Assembly (NCBI GenBank): GCA_964597345.1
Contig: CAZQXK010000008.1
Location: 5,991-69,990 of the forward strand
Direction: 5' to 3'
Length of the DNA: 64,000 bases
DNA from: an uncultured Thermodesulfobacteriota bacterium
GTDB taxonomy: Bacteria; Desulfobacterota; Desulfarculia; JACQYL01
Position numbers and translations under genes: made by a program. The notes beneath the pieces were generated by a model, which searched no databases, was not told the origin of the DNA, and saw only the letters and a list, made by a program, of their open reading frames with translations. Shown here piece after piece: positions 19,776 through 28,958 of this stretch; within the stretch, counting starts at the first letter, position 1; the number at the start of each line of letters is the position of its first letter.

Positions 19776-20348
19776 CTACCCGAGTATGAGTTCATCGAGT
19801 TTTCTCTTGGGAACATGGTGGGTTCCGTCCGCATCCCTCCAGTACCGGATGTCGCCCCCGGGTTCCAGATCATCGATGACCACCGTCTCGGCGGGCTTTC
19901 CCAAGGCGAGCACGAGACGGATCTCGAATCGCTCGGCAATCCCCAGCTCACTTCGGAGACGTCGACGGTCCACGGCGCCGATCATACACCCTCCCAGGCC
20001 GCGTTCCACGGCCCCAAGGAGGATGGTCTGGGCGGCGATACCGTCGTCGCACCACCAGTCCCTCGTGATGTCCGTGTCGATCAGGATGACGATATAGGCG
20101 GAGGGGCGCTCACCCGGAGGCGGTCCGGGCCAATCTTTCAAATAGGCGGCCCAGCCCAGGCAGGAGAAAATGCGATCGTTGCTTCCCGGTTCCGCCGACA
20201 GGATATACTTGAGGGGCTGTCGATTGGCTGCGGATGCAGTGCATCTGGCCAGGGAAACCAGTTCGATGAGAAGGTCCCTGGTAATGCGGTGCGATTCCCG
20301 GAATCTTCGATAACTCCGGTTTCGAATCACGAGCTTCTCGATATCCAT
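19776..20348 (-). CDS. Nitroreductase family protein
   Basis: RSYRRF, SAANRQP, GLGGCMIGA. Confidence 0.88.
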   Translation of the reverse strand: MDIEKLVIRNRSYRRFRESHRITRDLLIELVSLARCTASAANRQPLKYILSAEPGSNDRIFSCLGWAAYLKDWPGPPPGERPSAYIVILIDTDITRDWWCDDGIAAQTILLGAVERGLGGCMIGAVDRRRLRSELGIAERFEIRLVLALGKPAETVVIDDLEPGGDIRYWRDADGTHHVPKRKLDELILG

Positions 20349-20454
20349 GGCTGTGCTTCTCCAAAGGAAAAGGATCGGCCATGGTTCGGATGGCCGATTC
20401 ACGGTGTGGAACCCCGGACCCGAATAAGGGCGGGCGGCCGCCGGGACTCCGGAT

Positions 20455-21072
20455 TCACTTGCGTCCCAAGACCACCTGATCCAAGGGTTTTCTGGAACCG
20501 ACGCCCCCCGGCGCCGCCGGATGTCCCAAAGCCACCACCGCCATAAGTTCCAGACTTTCCGGCAAATCCAGGAGAGACCTTACCTCGTTCCTGCTCTTCA
20601 AAATCTCTCCCAGCCAAACGGCTCCCAGTCCCATATGGTGTGCGGTCAGGAGCATGTTCTGAATGCAGGCTCCGACGGCTTGGACATCTTTGGTCCGATC
20701 GTAGCTTTCCGTCTGGTCGAGGAACACGACGATGCACACGGGCGCCTGCCGTACGATGGACCCATACCGGGTTAGACGGCTCATTTCCTCCCGTAGACGG
20801 GGGCTGCGAGCGATGACGAATTTCCATGGCTGGTTGTTGAGACCCGATGGGGCCCAGGTTCCCATTTCAATGATGGTATCCACAGAGGAATCCGGAACGT
20901 CCTGGTCTGTGAACCGCCGAATACTCCTGCGATTTCGAATGGTATCCAGCACGGCGTTCCTTTCCTGCAAGATCGTGAGACGAGGCGGAACCGGGAGCCG
21001 CATCGCGGTTTCGGAAACGATGTTTGCAGTTTTACCGGTCCGGCCGGGTAATGGCAAGCGTGTTTTCTCCAT
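20455..21072 (-). CDS. Nitroreductase family protein
   Basis: RRSIRRF, APSGLNNQPW, QNMLLTAH, GLGAVWLG. Confidence 0.88.
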   Translation of the reverse strand: MEKTRLPLPGRTGKTANIVSETAMRLPVPPRLTILQERNAVLDTIRNRRSIRRFTDQDVPDSSVDTIIEMGTWAPSGLNNQPWKFVIARSPRLREEMSRLTRYGSIVRQAPVCIVVFLDQTESYDRTKDVQAVGACIQNMLLTAHHMGLGAVWLGEILKSRNEVRSLLDLPESLELMAVVALGHPAAPGGVGSRKPLDQVVLGRK

Positions 21073-21104
21073 GGTCCCGGGAAAAGGGGGATGGCTGTTC
21101 GGGG

Positions 21105-21128
21105 CGTTATGTCATACATGATATAACT
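21105..21128. promoter_or_regulatory. Palindromic operator upstream of aor, ModE-like geometry
   Basis: GTTATGTCAT-AC-ATGATATAAC (one mismatch), equivalent to CGTTAT-N12-ATAACT, about 80 bp before the aor ATG. Confidence 0.6.
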
Positions 21129-21209
21129 TATGGATTTAGCTTAATAATTTGATTTCCGTTCTCCATGGTGATATAGTTTGTGTACACCTTGCAGCAGAAG
21201 GAGACTTCC

Positions 21210-22838
21210 ATGGCGCAGATTCTCAGGATAAACCTTACGGATCGCTCGGCCAAGATCGAGCCGGTCCCCGAAGCGTATCAAAAACTGGGCGGCCGAGGTC
21301 TGACCTCGGCCATCGTGGGGCGAGAAGTGGATCCCCTGTGCGATGCCCTGGGCCCCAACAACAAGCTGGTGTTCGCCCCCGGTCTCCTGGGAGGTACGGT
21401 GGCGCCCACCTCGGGTCGCATTTCCTTTGGCGGGAAAAGCCCGCTCACAGGGACCATCAAGGAATCCAATTCCGGAGGACAGGCCGGACAATACCTGGCT
21501 CGGTTGGGAATTCAGGCGGTGGTCGTGGAAGGGACCGCTTCCGCGGGAACGTGGTGCAAAGTCGTTGTGACCAAGGACGGCGCCCGGATCGAGGATGCTT
21601 CCGATGTGGCGGGGCTGAACAATTACGACACCGTGGCCAAGCTCCAGGAGCAATACGGGACCAAGACAGGCTGCATCTCCATCGGCCGGGCGGGGGAAAT
21701 GCTTTTGTCCGCCGCCAGCATCGCGGTCACGGATCGGGAAAACCGCCCCACGCGCCATGCGGGCCGCGGAGGATTGGGTGCGGTCATGGGCTCGAAGAGA
21801 CTCAAAGCGGTCGTTCTGGACCCGCAAGGCGCGGATCGGGTCCCCTTGGTGGACGCCGAGGCCTTCAAGGCCGCGCAACGCAAGTTTCTTAACGCCTTGA
21901 ATTCGCATCCGGTGACCAGCGAGGGACTGCCCACGTATGGAACCAATGTGCTTACGAACATCCTGAATGAAGCGGGGGGGTTGCCCACGCGGAACTTCTC
22001 CTCCGGACAGTTTGAAGGAGCTGAAAAAGTCAGTGGGGAAAGAGAACACGACATCATGAAAGCCCGGGGCGGAAATCCCACCCACGGGTGTCACTCGGGA
22101 TGCACGATCCGGTGTTCGGGCATTTATGTGGATAAGGACGGCCATTTCATGAGCAAGGCTCCGGAGTATGAGACGGTTTGGGCGAACGGTCCCAACTGCG
22201 GCATCGACGATATGGACGCTATCGCCCGGATGGACAGGTTGTACGACGATATCGGCTTGGATACCATCGAGGTGGGGGCGGCCATGGCGGTGGCCATGGA
22301 AGGAGGCGTACTTCCGTTCGGAGACGCCGACGGGGCCATTCGGCTCATCCAGGAGATCGGAGAAGGGACGCCGCGGGGCCGCATCCTGGGAAGCGGAGCC
22401 TTGGTGACCGGAAAGGTTTTCGGAGTGAACCGCATTCCGGTGGTCAAGGGGCAGGCCATGCCCGCCTACGATCCCCGGGCGGTGAAGGGCATGGGGGTCA
22501 CCTACGCCACATCCACCATGGGTGCGGATCACACGGCGGGTTATGCCACGGCGGCGAATATTTTGGGAGTCGGCGGCAAGGTGGACGCCTTGAAGCCGGA
22601 AGGTCAGGCGGAGTTGTCCAAGAATCTTCAAATTGCCACGGCGGCGTTGGATTCCACGGGATTGTGCCTGTTCACGGCGTTCGCCGTATTGGATGACCCC
22701 ACGGCCCTCGAAGGGATTTGCGAAATGATCTCCGCCAAATATGGCATGCCGTTTTCAGCGGATGATTTCGTGAATTTGGGGAAAGAGGTGCTGAAGGCGG
22801 AACTTGAGTTCAACGATGGCGCCATATTCACTAACTAA
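21210..22838 (+). CDS. aor: Tungsten-dependent aldehyde:ferredoxin oxidoreductase; ends early at TAA 22836-22838, conserved C-terminus continues in frame to 22940
   Basis: GGRGL, KSPLTG.IKESNSGG, GRGGLGAVMGSK, GLDTIE, MGADHTAG. Confidence 0.9.
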   Translation: MAQILRINLTDRSAKIEPVPEAYQKLGGRGLTSAIVGREVDPLCDALGPNNKLVFAPGLLGGTVAPTSGRISFGGKSPLTGTIKESNSGGQAGQYLARLGIQAVVVEGTASAGTWCKVVVTKDGARIEDASDVAGLNNYDTVAKLQEQYGTKTGCISIGRAGEMLLSAASIAVTDRENRPTRHAGRGGLGAVMGSKRLKAVVLDPQGADRVPLVDAEAFKAAQRKFLNALNSHPVTSEGLPTYGTNVLTNILNEAGGLPTRNFSSGQFEGAEKVSGEREHDIMKARGGNPTHGCHSGCTIRCSGIYVDKDGHFMSKAPEYETVWANGPNCGIDDMDAIARMDRLYDDIGLDTIEVGAAMAVAMEGGVLPFGDADGAIRLIQEIGEGTPRGRILGSGALVTGKVFGVNRIPVVKGQAMPAYDPRAVKGMGVTYATSTMGADHTAGYATAANILGVGGKVDALKPEGQAELSKNLQIATAALDSTGLCLFTAFAVLDDPTALEGICEMISAKYGMPFSADDFVNLGKEVLKAELEFNDGAIFTN

Positions 22839-23135
22839 CACGATCTTTTGCCTGAATTCTTCAAGCGGGAGCAATTGCCTCCTCACAACGTGGTATTTGA
22901 TGTGTCGGATGCGGAATTGGATACGGTCTACCGGTTCTGATGGATGGGGAAAGACGGGGTAAAACTCCCCTGTGATGGTGAAGGCGGGTTGTTCCCCGTG
23001 GAGCCGATTCGGCGGAGCCATGCCGGATCGGGAACCGCCCCGGTGAGGGTTAATGGGAAACGGTGTCCTCCTCGTTGGGCGCCGTTTTCTTCTCCCGGGA
23101 GGGGTTCGGGGCAGAGGTGACGCGTACCTTACCCA

Positions 23136-23303
23136 ACAGACGGTTGAAAAACGCGATCTGCGGCCACGTCGTCGGCGTGACGCTACATCCTACGTCATTG
23201 CGGCGTACTGTAGTGTAGGTGCGCCTCATTCCTCAGGATTCGCGCGCCTTGCATCGCATCGTTTTTCACCGGCCTGCCGCAATACTGTTCATCAACGGGG
23301 TGA
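23136..23303 (+). mobile_element. MITE-like repeat, full length
   Basis: CAGACGGTTGAAAAAC...ATCAACGGGGTG, conserved core; CA/TA flanks. Confidence 0.8.
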
Positions 23304-23320
23304 TAGGGGGGAGACTTTCC

Positions 23321-23614
23321 GTGGTTGTTACGGTCAAACTGGGTGGGAATCTTAGGGAAAAGGTGTCCGGGCATGAGGACGGGCTCTTGCAGCTCAACCT
23401 GCCGGAGGGGGCTACGCTGAAACAGGCTTTGGGGGTCATGGGCCTTCAGCCCGCGGACGTTAAGCTTCTGTTTCTGAATCATTGTCCAATAAAAGGAGAT
23501 GTGAAACTCAAGCACGGAGACCGGCTGGGATTGTTTCCACCCCAGTTGTCCTATAACACGTATGTGGCCGTGTATTTCAGAGGTAAGATCGATGAGGATA
23601 CACGTCAAACTTAA
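23321..23614 (+). CDS. MoaD/ThiS-like beta-grasp protein lacking the C-terminal GG
   Basis: VTVKLGGNLR...LKHGDRLGLFPP then a 23-aa tail; GTG start after GGGGGAGA. Confidence 0.68.
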   Translation: MVVTVKLGGNLREKVSGHEDGLLQLNLPEGATLKQALGVMGLQPADVKLLFLNHCPIKGDVKLKHGDRLGLFPPQLSYNTYVAVYFRGKIDEDTRQT

Positions 23615-23831
23615 GCTTTTTGCGTCCCTGAGAAAGTACGCACCCGGAGGAAGCACGGACGGCGTAATGGAACTGGAGCAGGGTACCAGGATATCCCAGC
23701 TTCTGGACCGGCTCGGGATAGAACCCCGTACGGCGAAAATCATCCTCCGTAACGCCCGCCATGCGGAGCCGGAAGACGTCTTGGCCGACGGCGATGTATT
23801 GGCCGTATTTCCGCCTCTGGCCGGCGGTTGA
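23592..23831 (+). CDS. moaD: MoaD/ThiS family sulfur carrier
   Basis: KLFASLR...DGDVLAVFPPLAGG. Confidence 0.85.
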   Translation: MRIHVKLKLFASLRKYAPGGSTDGVMELEQGTRISQLLDRLGIEPRTAKIILRNARHAEPEDVLADGDVLAVFPPLAGG

Positions 23832-23891
23832 TTTCCTCGATGCAGCCCCCCTCGAACCCTTACCGCGGCTCCTCTCGGTGCGACCGTGTGA

Positions 23892-24953
23892 TCAGAGTTG
23901 TTCTTTGGATTCCGTGGGACGGCGTTCGGATAACAAGGTGGACGGGCGTTTGGGTGAGGCCGGTTCCGCCGTTTGGATGCCCCACCGGGCCCGATGGCCG
24001 CGTACATCGACATGGATGAACGGACCGTGAGAGGCCGTTTTTTTGTAGGGCGCCAATCCACCGACGAGATCCTGTTTCGAGAGACGCTGGGCAAGTCGAT
24101 CCGCGATGCGATACAGCACCAGGGCGTCTCGAAAGTCCGCTTTCCCGTCTCCGTTGAGATCGTCCATCCGGCCGTTTCTGGGATTCTCATCGATAAAGAT
24201 GTCCGCCGCATCCCCGTAAACATGCCTGCTGTGCGGCACGTTGCCGATGCATTCGTTGTAGAAGGGGGTTCGGTAGCCGCTCATGATGTTGAACGATTTG
24301 GCTCGAAGTCCCTCACGGTTCACTTCTTCCAGTAAATACTCGAGCTTGAGCAGTAGACGCTCCGTCAGCACCACATATTTGGGGTACCCGCCTTCCTGTT
24401 TACAGAGAAACTGCTTCAGCCGAAAATGCGGCGCCACCAAGGTATTCTCGTTTTCCCGCGTTACTTCCAGAAGTCCCTTGGGAGGTTCGTAGGCGGGCAG
24501 ATCCCTGTATGGTTTGCGAGGGTAATCCCCGATGCGGTACCCGTTGAGGCAGGAATCGTCCAGGTGGAGCATGGGAACCAGCACGAAGACATTCAACCGC
24601 ACCGTATCCCGTGTCCGGGGATGCGAAATGGTCAGAGGATAACAGCCGGTCTTCTCCGGAGCCCGCCACTTCCAGGCGTTGGAGGCTATGCGAACGGCTT
24701 TTCCGGCCGAGGCGGTGAGTTCAAAAGGCGTTTCCCAGGTCCTGTGCACCGCCGTTAGAGGGAGTTCTTCCCGCGGCAAGACGTATACCCCCAGAACACG
24801 GTACGGAGAGACCTGGTCTCTGATTATAACCTCAAAGGATGTTCTTTCCGGGGAGAAGGCGGAAACGGCCGAAGCTCCGATTCCGAAAAGACAGACGACA
24901 CAGGCGCAGATCATTGCGGGGGTGCATAACGGTGTCCAGGCGTTCGTTTTCAT
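23892..24953 (-). CDS. Exported peptidase M15A (D-Ala-D-Ala carboxypeptidase-like Zn peptidase)
   Basis: Signal peptide, SGYRTP, SRHVYGDAAD, FIHVDVRG. Confidence 0.85.
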   Translation of the reverse strand: MKTNAWTPLCTPAMICACVVCLFGIGASAVSAFSPERTSFEVIIRDQVSPYRVLGVYVLPREELPLTAVHRTWETPFELTASAGKAVRIASNAWKWRAPEKTGCYPLTISHPRTRDTVRLNVFVLVPMLHLDDSCLNGYRIGDYPRKPYRDLPAYEPPKGLLEVTRENENTLVAPHFRLKQFLCKQEGGYPKYVVLTERLLLKLEYLLEEVNREGLRAKSFNIMSGYRTPFYNECIGNVPHSRHVYGDAADIFIDENPRNGRMDDLNGDGKADFRDALVLYRIADRLAQRLSKQDLVGGLAPYKKTASHGPFIHVDVRGHRARWGIQTAEPASPKRPSTLLSERRPTESKEQL

Positions 24954-25155
24954 GGGGCCCCATTCACAAGGTCGGTCCATTCTCTCATGTTGCGATCACA
25001 GGTTTGTCCGTGCGTTCGGCGTTCCGGTAACGGCCGCCAAGGCCGCTTTCCCATGAACTGTTTGGCGGCGGCCGATTCGGGTTTTAAGGGATCATGCTGT
25101 TCTTGGTACGGCAGGACTCGAATCGACTCCATTGTCCACAAAAACAACGCCTGGG

Positions 25156-26892
25156 TCAAGCGGCGGGCGGCGCGGAAATCAGCGCGGCTTTCAGAACGCC
25201 GTCCCGCTGATACACATCTTCTCGGAATTGCACCCTCCCGTCCTCCCCGGCCCGGGCCGTCCAGTATAGGATGTAAACGGGCACGGGATCAGGCAACCGC
25301 ACCTCCAGAGGTCTATGGGTTTCCAGTACCTCCAGGATTCGCGTGCGGTTCCACTGCGGGTGTTTCGTGAGCAGGTACTCCGCCAATACCAGGGGCTCTT
25401 CCACCCGAATGCAGCCGTGGCTGAACGCGCGGACACTGTGTTGGAACAGTTGCCGGGCGGGGGTGTCGTGAAGATACACATTGAACCGGTTGGGAAACAT
25501 GAATTTGATACGTCCCAAAGAGTTCTGAAGACCCGGTTTCTGCCTCAAGCGGATGGTTCCCCGGGCCAGAAGTTCTCGTGAGGGGTCCACTTGTTCCGGA
25601 TCCAGAACTCGTTCCTCGAGACCCCACCCCTGTACCCACTCGAGAGACTGCTCTTTCAGATGGTCGGGGTTTTCTTTCAGTCTGGGAAGCAACTCCCGCA
25701 CCGCGATGGAATAGGGTACGTTCCAGAAGGGGTTAAGGACCAGGTAGGTCATGGTCCCCCGAAACACCGGGGTTTTCCAATACGGCTTACCCACTACCAC
25801 TTTCATGCTCAGGTGTTCTCGTCCTTCTTCCATGACTCGCAGGCGGAACTCGGCGATATCCACCAGGATATGTCGCCTTTCAAACTCCCGGGGCAGCCAC
25901 CTCCAACGTTCCATATTCACTAGAATCTGATTCACCCGTTCTCCCGCCGACACGTTCAAGGCCCGCCGAGTCTTGGGACCCAGCACTCCATCCACATCCA
26001 GACCGTGACGCTCCTGGAATTCCATCAGTATCCGCTCGGTCTCCGGGTCGAATTCCTCCGGCGGGTACATCGTCGTCTCGGAGGGATCCAAGAGTTCTTC
26101 CGCCGTAAGGCGGGCCTTGAGAAGCGCGACGCGGGGGTCTCGATCTCCCTTGCGCAGGGAAGGGCCGTCGGGAACTTCGGGCCAGTCCTTTCTCGCCGCA
26201 TAATCCCGGTATCTTGCGAGCGCTGCGCGGAGATTCCGGTATTCGGGGTATCCCGGCGCCAAAGAATCCAACGTTTCCCGGATGCGGTCGTTTTCCAGAG
26301 CATGAAAGAGTATGTCCACCAGATCCGCCTTGCGGCGTTCCACGGACCATTGCGCTTCGACGGTCTCCGGATCCACGCGACCTCGCAGCAGGTGAGAGCC
26401 GTACACCAGGAAGGCGTCCGTGAGCAGGAAGTCCATGTCCGCGAGAAGGACCGATCTTTCCGGAGCCTCGAGGTGATCCAACTCGTGATAACGTCTCAGT
26501 AACTCGACGATTCGATCGAAATGATAGTCAGTAGGGTTCAATCCTTCCTCCTTGGATTCACGGATGGCCTCGAGCACGGCATGGACTCTTGGGAGAAGCC
26601 CGGATTCTTCACTCCATACCGGCGAAAATTGATGCCGCGCGTAGAAAAGAGGAAGCACTTCGGATCCGTGACACAGTTGGTCGTCGATCAGCAGCACCGG
26701 ACAGGTGCGGGCCGCTTCCACGCGGTCTCGGATATGGTTGCGGATGTCGGCGGTGGACAGTGTGGTATCGCCAAAACCCGGCCATAGCCCTATTCCGAAC
26801 ACAACGACCACGGCGGCGGCCAGCATGCATTTCGTGCCGGTCTTCCTTCTCGACGAAAAGGAGTTTGCCCGAACCGATTCAAAGACATTCAT
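25156..26892 (-). CDS. L,D-transpeptidase, YcbB/LdtD family
   Basis: FQERHGL.VDG.LGP peptidoglycan-binding domain, NMERWRW, VYLHDTP, SHGCIRV. Confidence 0.92.
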   Translation of the reverse strand: MNVFESVRANSFSSRRKTGTKCMLAAAVVVVFGIGLWPGFGDTTLSTADIRNHIRDRVEAARTCPVLLIDDQLCHGSEVLPLFYARHQFSPVWSEESGLLPRVHAVLEAIRESKEEGLNPTDYHFDRIVELLRRYHELDHLEAPERSVLLADMDFLLTDAFLVYGSHLLRGRVDPETVEAQWSVERRKADLVDILFHALENDRIRETLDSLAPGYPEYRNLRAALARYRDYAARKDWPEVPDGPSLRKGDRDPRVALLKARLTAEELLDPSETTMYPPEEFDPETERILMEFQERHGLDVDGVLGPKTRRALNVSAGERVNQILVNMERWRWLPREFERRHILVDIAEFRLRVMEEGREHLSMKVVVGKPYWKTPVFRGTMTYLVLNPFWNVPYSIAVRELLPRLKENPDHLKEQSLEWVQGWGLEERVLDPEQVDPSRELLARGTIRLRQKPGLQNSLGRIKFMFPNRFNVYLHDTPARQLFQHSVRAFSHGCIRVEEPLVLAEYLLTKHPQWNRTRILEVLETHRPLEVRLPDPVPVYILYWTARAGEDGRVQFREDVYQRDGVLKAALISAPPAA

Positions 26893-27057
26893 GGTTTCTC
26901 TGTCTCCCCGGCATTCATGAGTTCGAGTATACGCTCCTCCGGAACGTGGCGATACGGCATATCGCAGCGACAAAGAATGAAGCCCGACACCGTGGATCGC
27001 GTTTTTTGAGGCATATCGACACTATGCTCATTGGTGATCCGATAGTCAACAAGCCTG

Positions 27058-27235
27058 GCAGTCCGTTGAAAAACGCGATCTGCGGTCACTCCAAAGGAGT
27101 GAGATCTCATCCTTCGTCATTGCGGCGTACTGTATGTATACCTCATTTCTCAGGATTCGCCCCACGCCCAAGGCGTGGCTTGCATCTCATTGTTTTCCAC
27201 CGGCCTGCCCGCAACGCGGTTTATCAACGGACTGA
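27058..27235 (+). mobile_element. MITE-like repeat, full length, carrying both optional hairpins
   Basis: CACTCC-AAA-GGAGTG and CACGCC-CAA-GGCGTG hairpins; TG/TA flanks. Confidence 0.8.
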
Positions 27236-27655
27236 TAGAGCGCATCGGATCCGCGAACGGGTGGAAACGCAGAAACAGGATAACGGATGGAACAGGGGAA
27301 TCGTATGCCGCGGATATGGTGTCCCGAGTCAGGTAATGCAGCGTCGAGCGATCCGGTGGTCCGGTAAGGCGCCGTTCTTGCACATTAGAAGCGTGGAGGG
27401 TGACCGGATCCGGGATCCGGGCCGCACGGACCATTGCGGCAGCGCCCTGTTGAGGCCGGTATGGCGGCATCCCGGATACGATCAATGGGCGAACCGAAGG
27501 GACAGGGCGTATTTTTGGTTACAGAGTCGTAACTCGGGTTCCCACGCGGTGAGGACGGGGCTGCTTCGGGTTCCAGGTTGCGTATAAGACCGATGGCCGC
27601 GTCCATCCCCGGGGAAAATTATATCGGAGGAATGTTCAGCGGGGGGGACCGCATC

Positions 27656-28588
27656 ATGAATCCGCAACTGGAACAGATCGTCTCGCGAATCCGGGAGGTG
27701 CCCTCGCTTCCGGATGTGCTCGTGGAAGTGCTGCAGGCGATAGACCGAACCGAGTCCAGCATCGACGACATCGCCCGCGCCATCAAGAGGGATCAATCGC
27801 TTACGGTAAATATTCTGAAAGTGGCCAACTCGGCGTTTTACGGGCTGCTGGGTAAGGTCAGCACCGTAAGGCAGGCCATTGTGCTTATCGGGTTCAGAGA
27901 GCTTCGCAACATCGTCCTTGCTCAGTCGGTGTTTCGTTTTTATTCGGTGGAGTCCAGGACGGATTTTCGGAGGCAGGACCTTTGGACACATTCCACCGTG
28001 TGCGGCTTCCTGGCGAAACGATTGGCCAAAGAAGCCTTCGCTCCGGATCCCGCGGGAGCGGCCATGGTCTGCGGGCTCATTCACGACATCGGCAAGGTGG
28101 TGATCGACCGGTATTTTCACGACGAATTTATAGGGATTATCCAGTTGGTCCGCGATGAGGAGGTCACTTTCAGCGAGGCCGAACAGAGGGTTCTGGGCTA
28201 TACCCATGCGCACATAGGCGCCACGCTGCTCAAGAGGTGGAACTTTCCCCGGGAACTCGTATGCCCGGTGCTGTACCACCACGCTCCCTGGAAAGACACC
28301 GAGTACGCCCAGATTTCCGCGGTGGTGTACTATGCGAACCTGTTGTCCAAGGCGCTCAAGTATCCCTCTTACCAGCGGGAAACGGCGAAGAGGCCCTCAC
28401 TCCCCAGGGAACCCGCGCTTCTTGCGTTTCTGGAGAAAAGCGGGCTTCCCGTGCGCCGGATGGATGTGGTGGCCTTTCTCAGGACGGCATACAGCCGCAT
28501 CCAAACCGAGTCTTCCAGCGTTATCGGCGCCATGTCCATTCCCAGTGTCCCCGAGGATTCCGTTCGAATGCCCGCTTGGGCCATCTGA
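27656..28588 (+). CDS. HDOD domain protein
   Basis: PSLP, DQSLT.NILKVANSAFY, GLIHDIGK, LGYTHAHIGA.LL..WNFP. Confidence 0.9.
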   Translation: MNPQLEQIVSRIREVPSLPDVLVEVLQAIDRTESSIDDIARAIKRDQSLTVNILKVANSAFYGLLGKVSTVRQAIVLIGFRELRNIVLAQSVFRFYSVESRTDFRRQDLWTHSTVCGFLAKRLAKEAFAPDPAGAAMVCGLIHDIGKVVIDRYFHDEFIGIIQLVRDEEVTFSEAEQRVLGYTHAHIGATLLKRWNFPRELVCPVLYHHAPWKDTEYAQISAVVYYANLLSKALKYPSYQRETAKRPSLPREPALLAFLEKSGLPVRRMDVVAFLRTAYSRIQTESSSVIGAMSIPSVPEDSVRMPAWAI

Positions 28589-28622
28589 CCCCGGTGCTTC
28601 TTCGTCGCGATGAAATCGGGGG

Positions 28623-28658
28623 ACTTCCCGGACAGGGGATATTCCCTGTCCGGGAAGT
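28623..28658. terminator. Perfect 15-bp hairpin between convergent genes
   Basis: ACTTCCCGGACAGGG-GATATT-CCCTGTCCGGGAAGT. Confidence 0.55.
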
Positions 28659-28702
28659 GGATTTGCATTGAGGAAGGTTATGGAGTTTCCCAAGCCTGGA
28701 TA

Positions 28703-28868
28703 GCAGCCCGCTGATGAACCGTATTGCGGGCAGGCCGGTGCAAAACGATGAGATGCAAGCCACGCCTTGGGCGTGGGGCGAATCCTGAGAAATGAGGCGC
28801 ACAACCAGTACGCCGCAATGACGAAGGAGGAAGCCCAACGCCGCAGATTGCGTTTTTCAACGACCTGT
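28703..28868 (-). mobile_element. MITE-like repeat, full length
   Basis: Termini and core present; TA on both flanks (28701-02, 28869-70). Confidence 0.8.
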
Positions 28869-28958
28869 TAGGGGGATGGACCCTGTGTTCCGGGAGGCCT
28901 CCAAAAACCTCTGGAGTGAGAGCCTCCGGCCGATCCCCTCACTCCCGCTTGCAGGAAG

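Noticed and set aside
22836-22838. Recoded stop (Sec or Pyl) in aor
   Set aside because: The codon is TAA, not TGA or TAG
22975-23130. Cobalamin or Moco riboswitch-like stretch after aor (GGTTAATGGGAAACGGTG, paired GGCGGG..TTCCC/GGGAACCGCC)
   Set aside because: I could not find the remaining conserved elements of either family; an Rfam cmscan would settle it
27518-27533. GTTAC-N6-GTAAC palindrome upstream of the HDOD gene
   Set aside because: Short, single occurrence and no regulator can be assigned; could be chance
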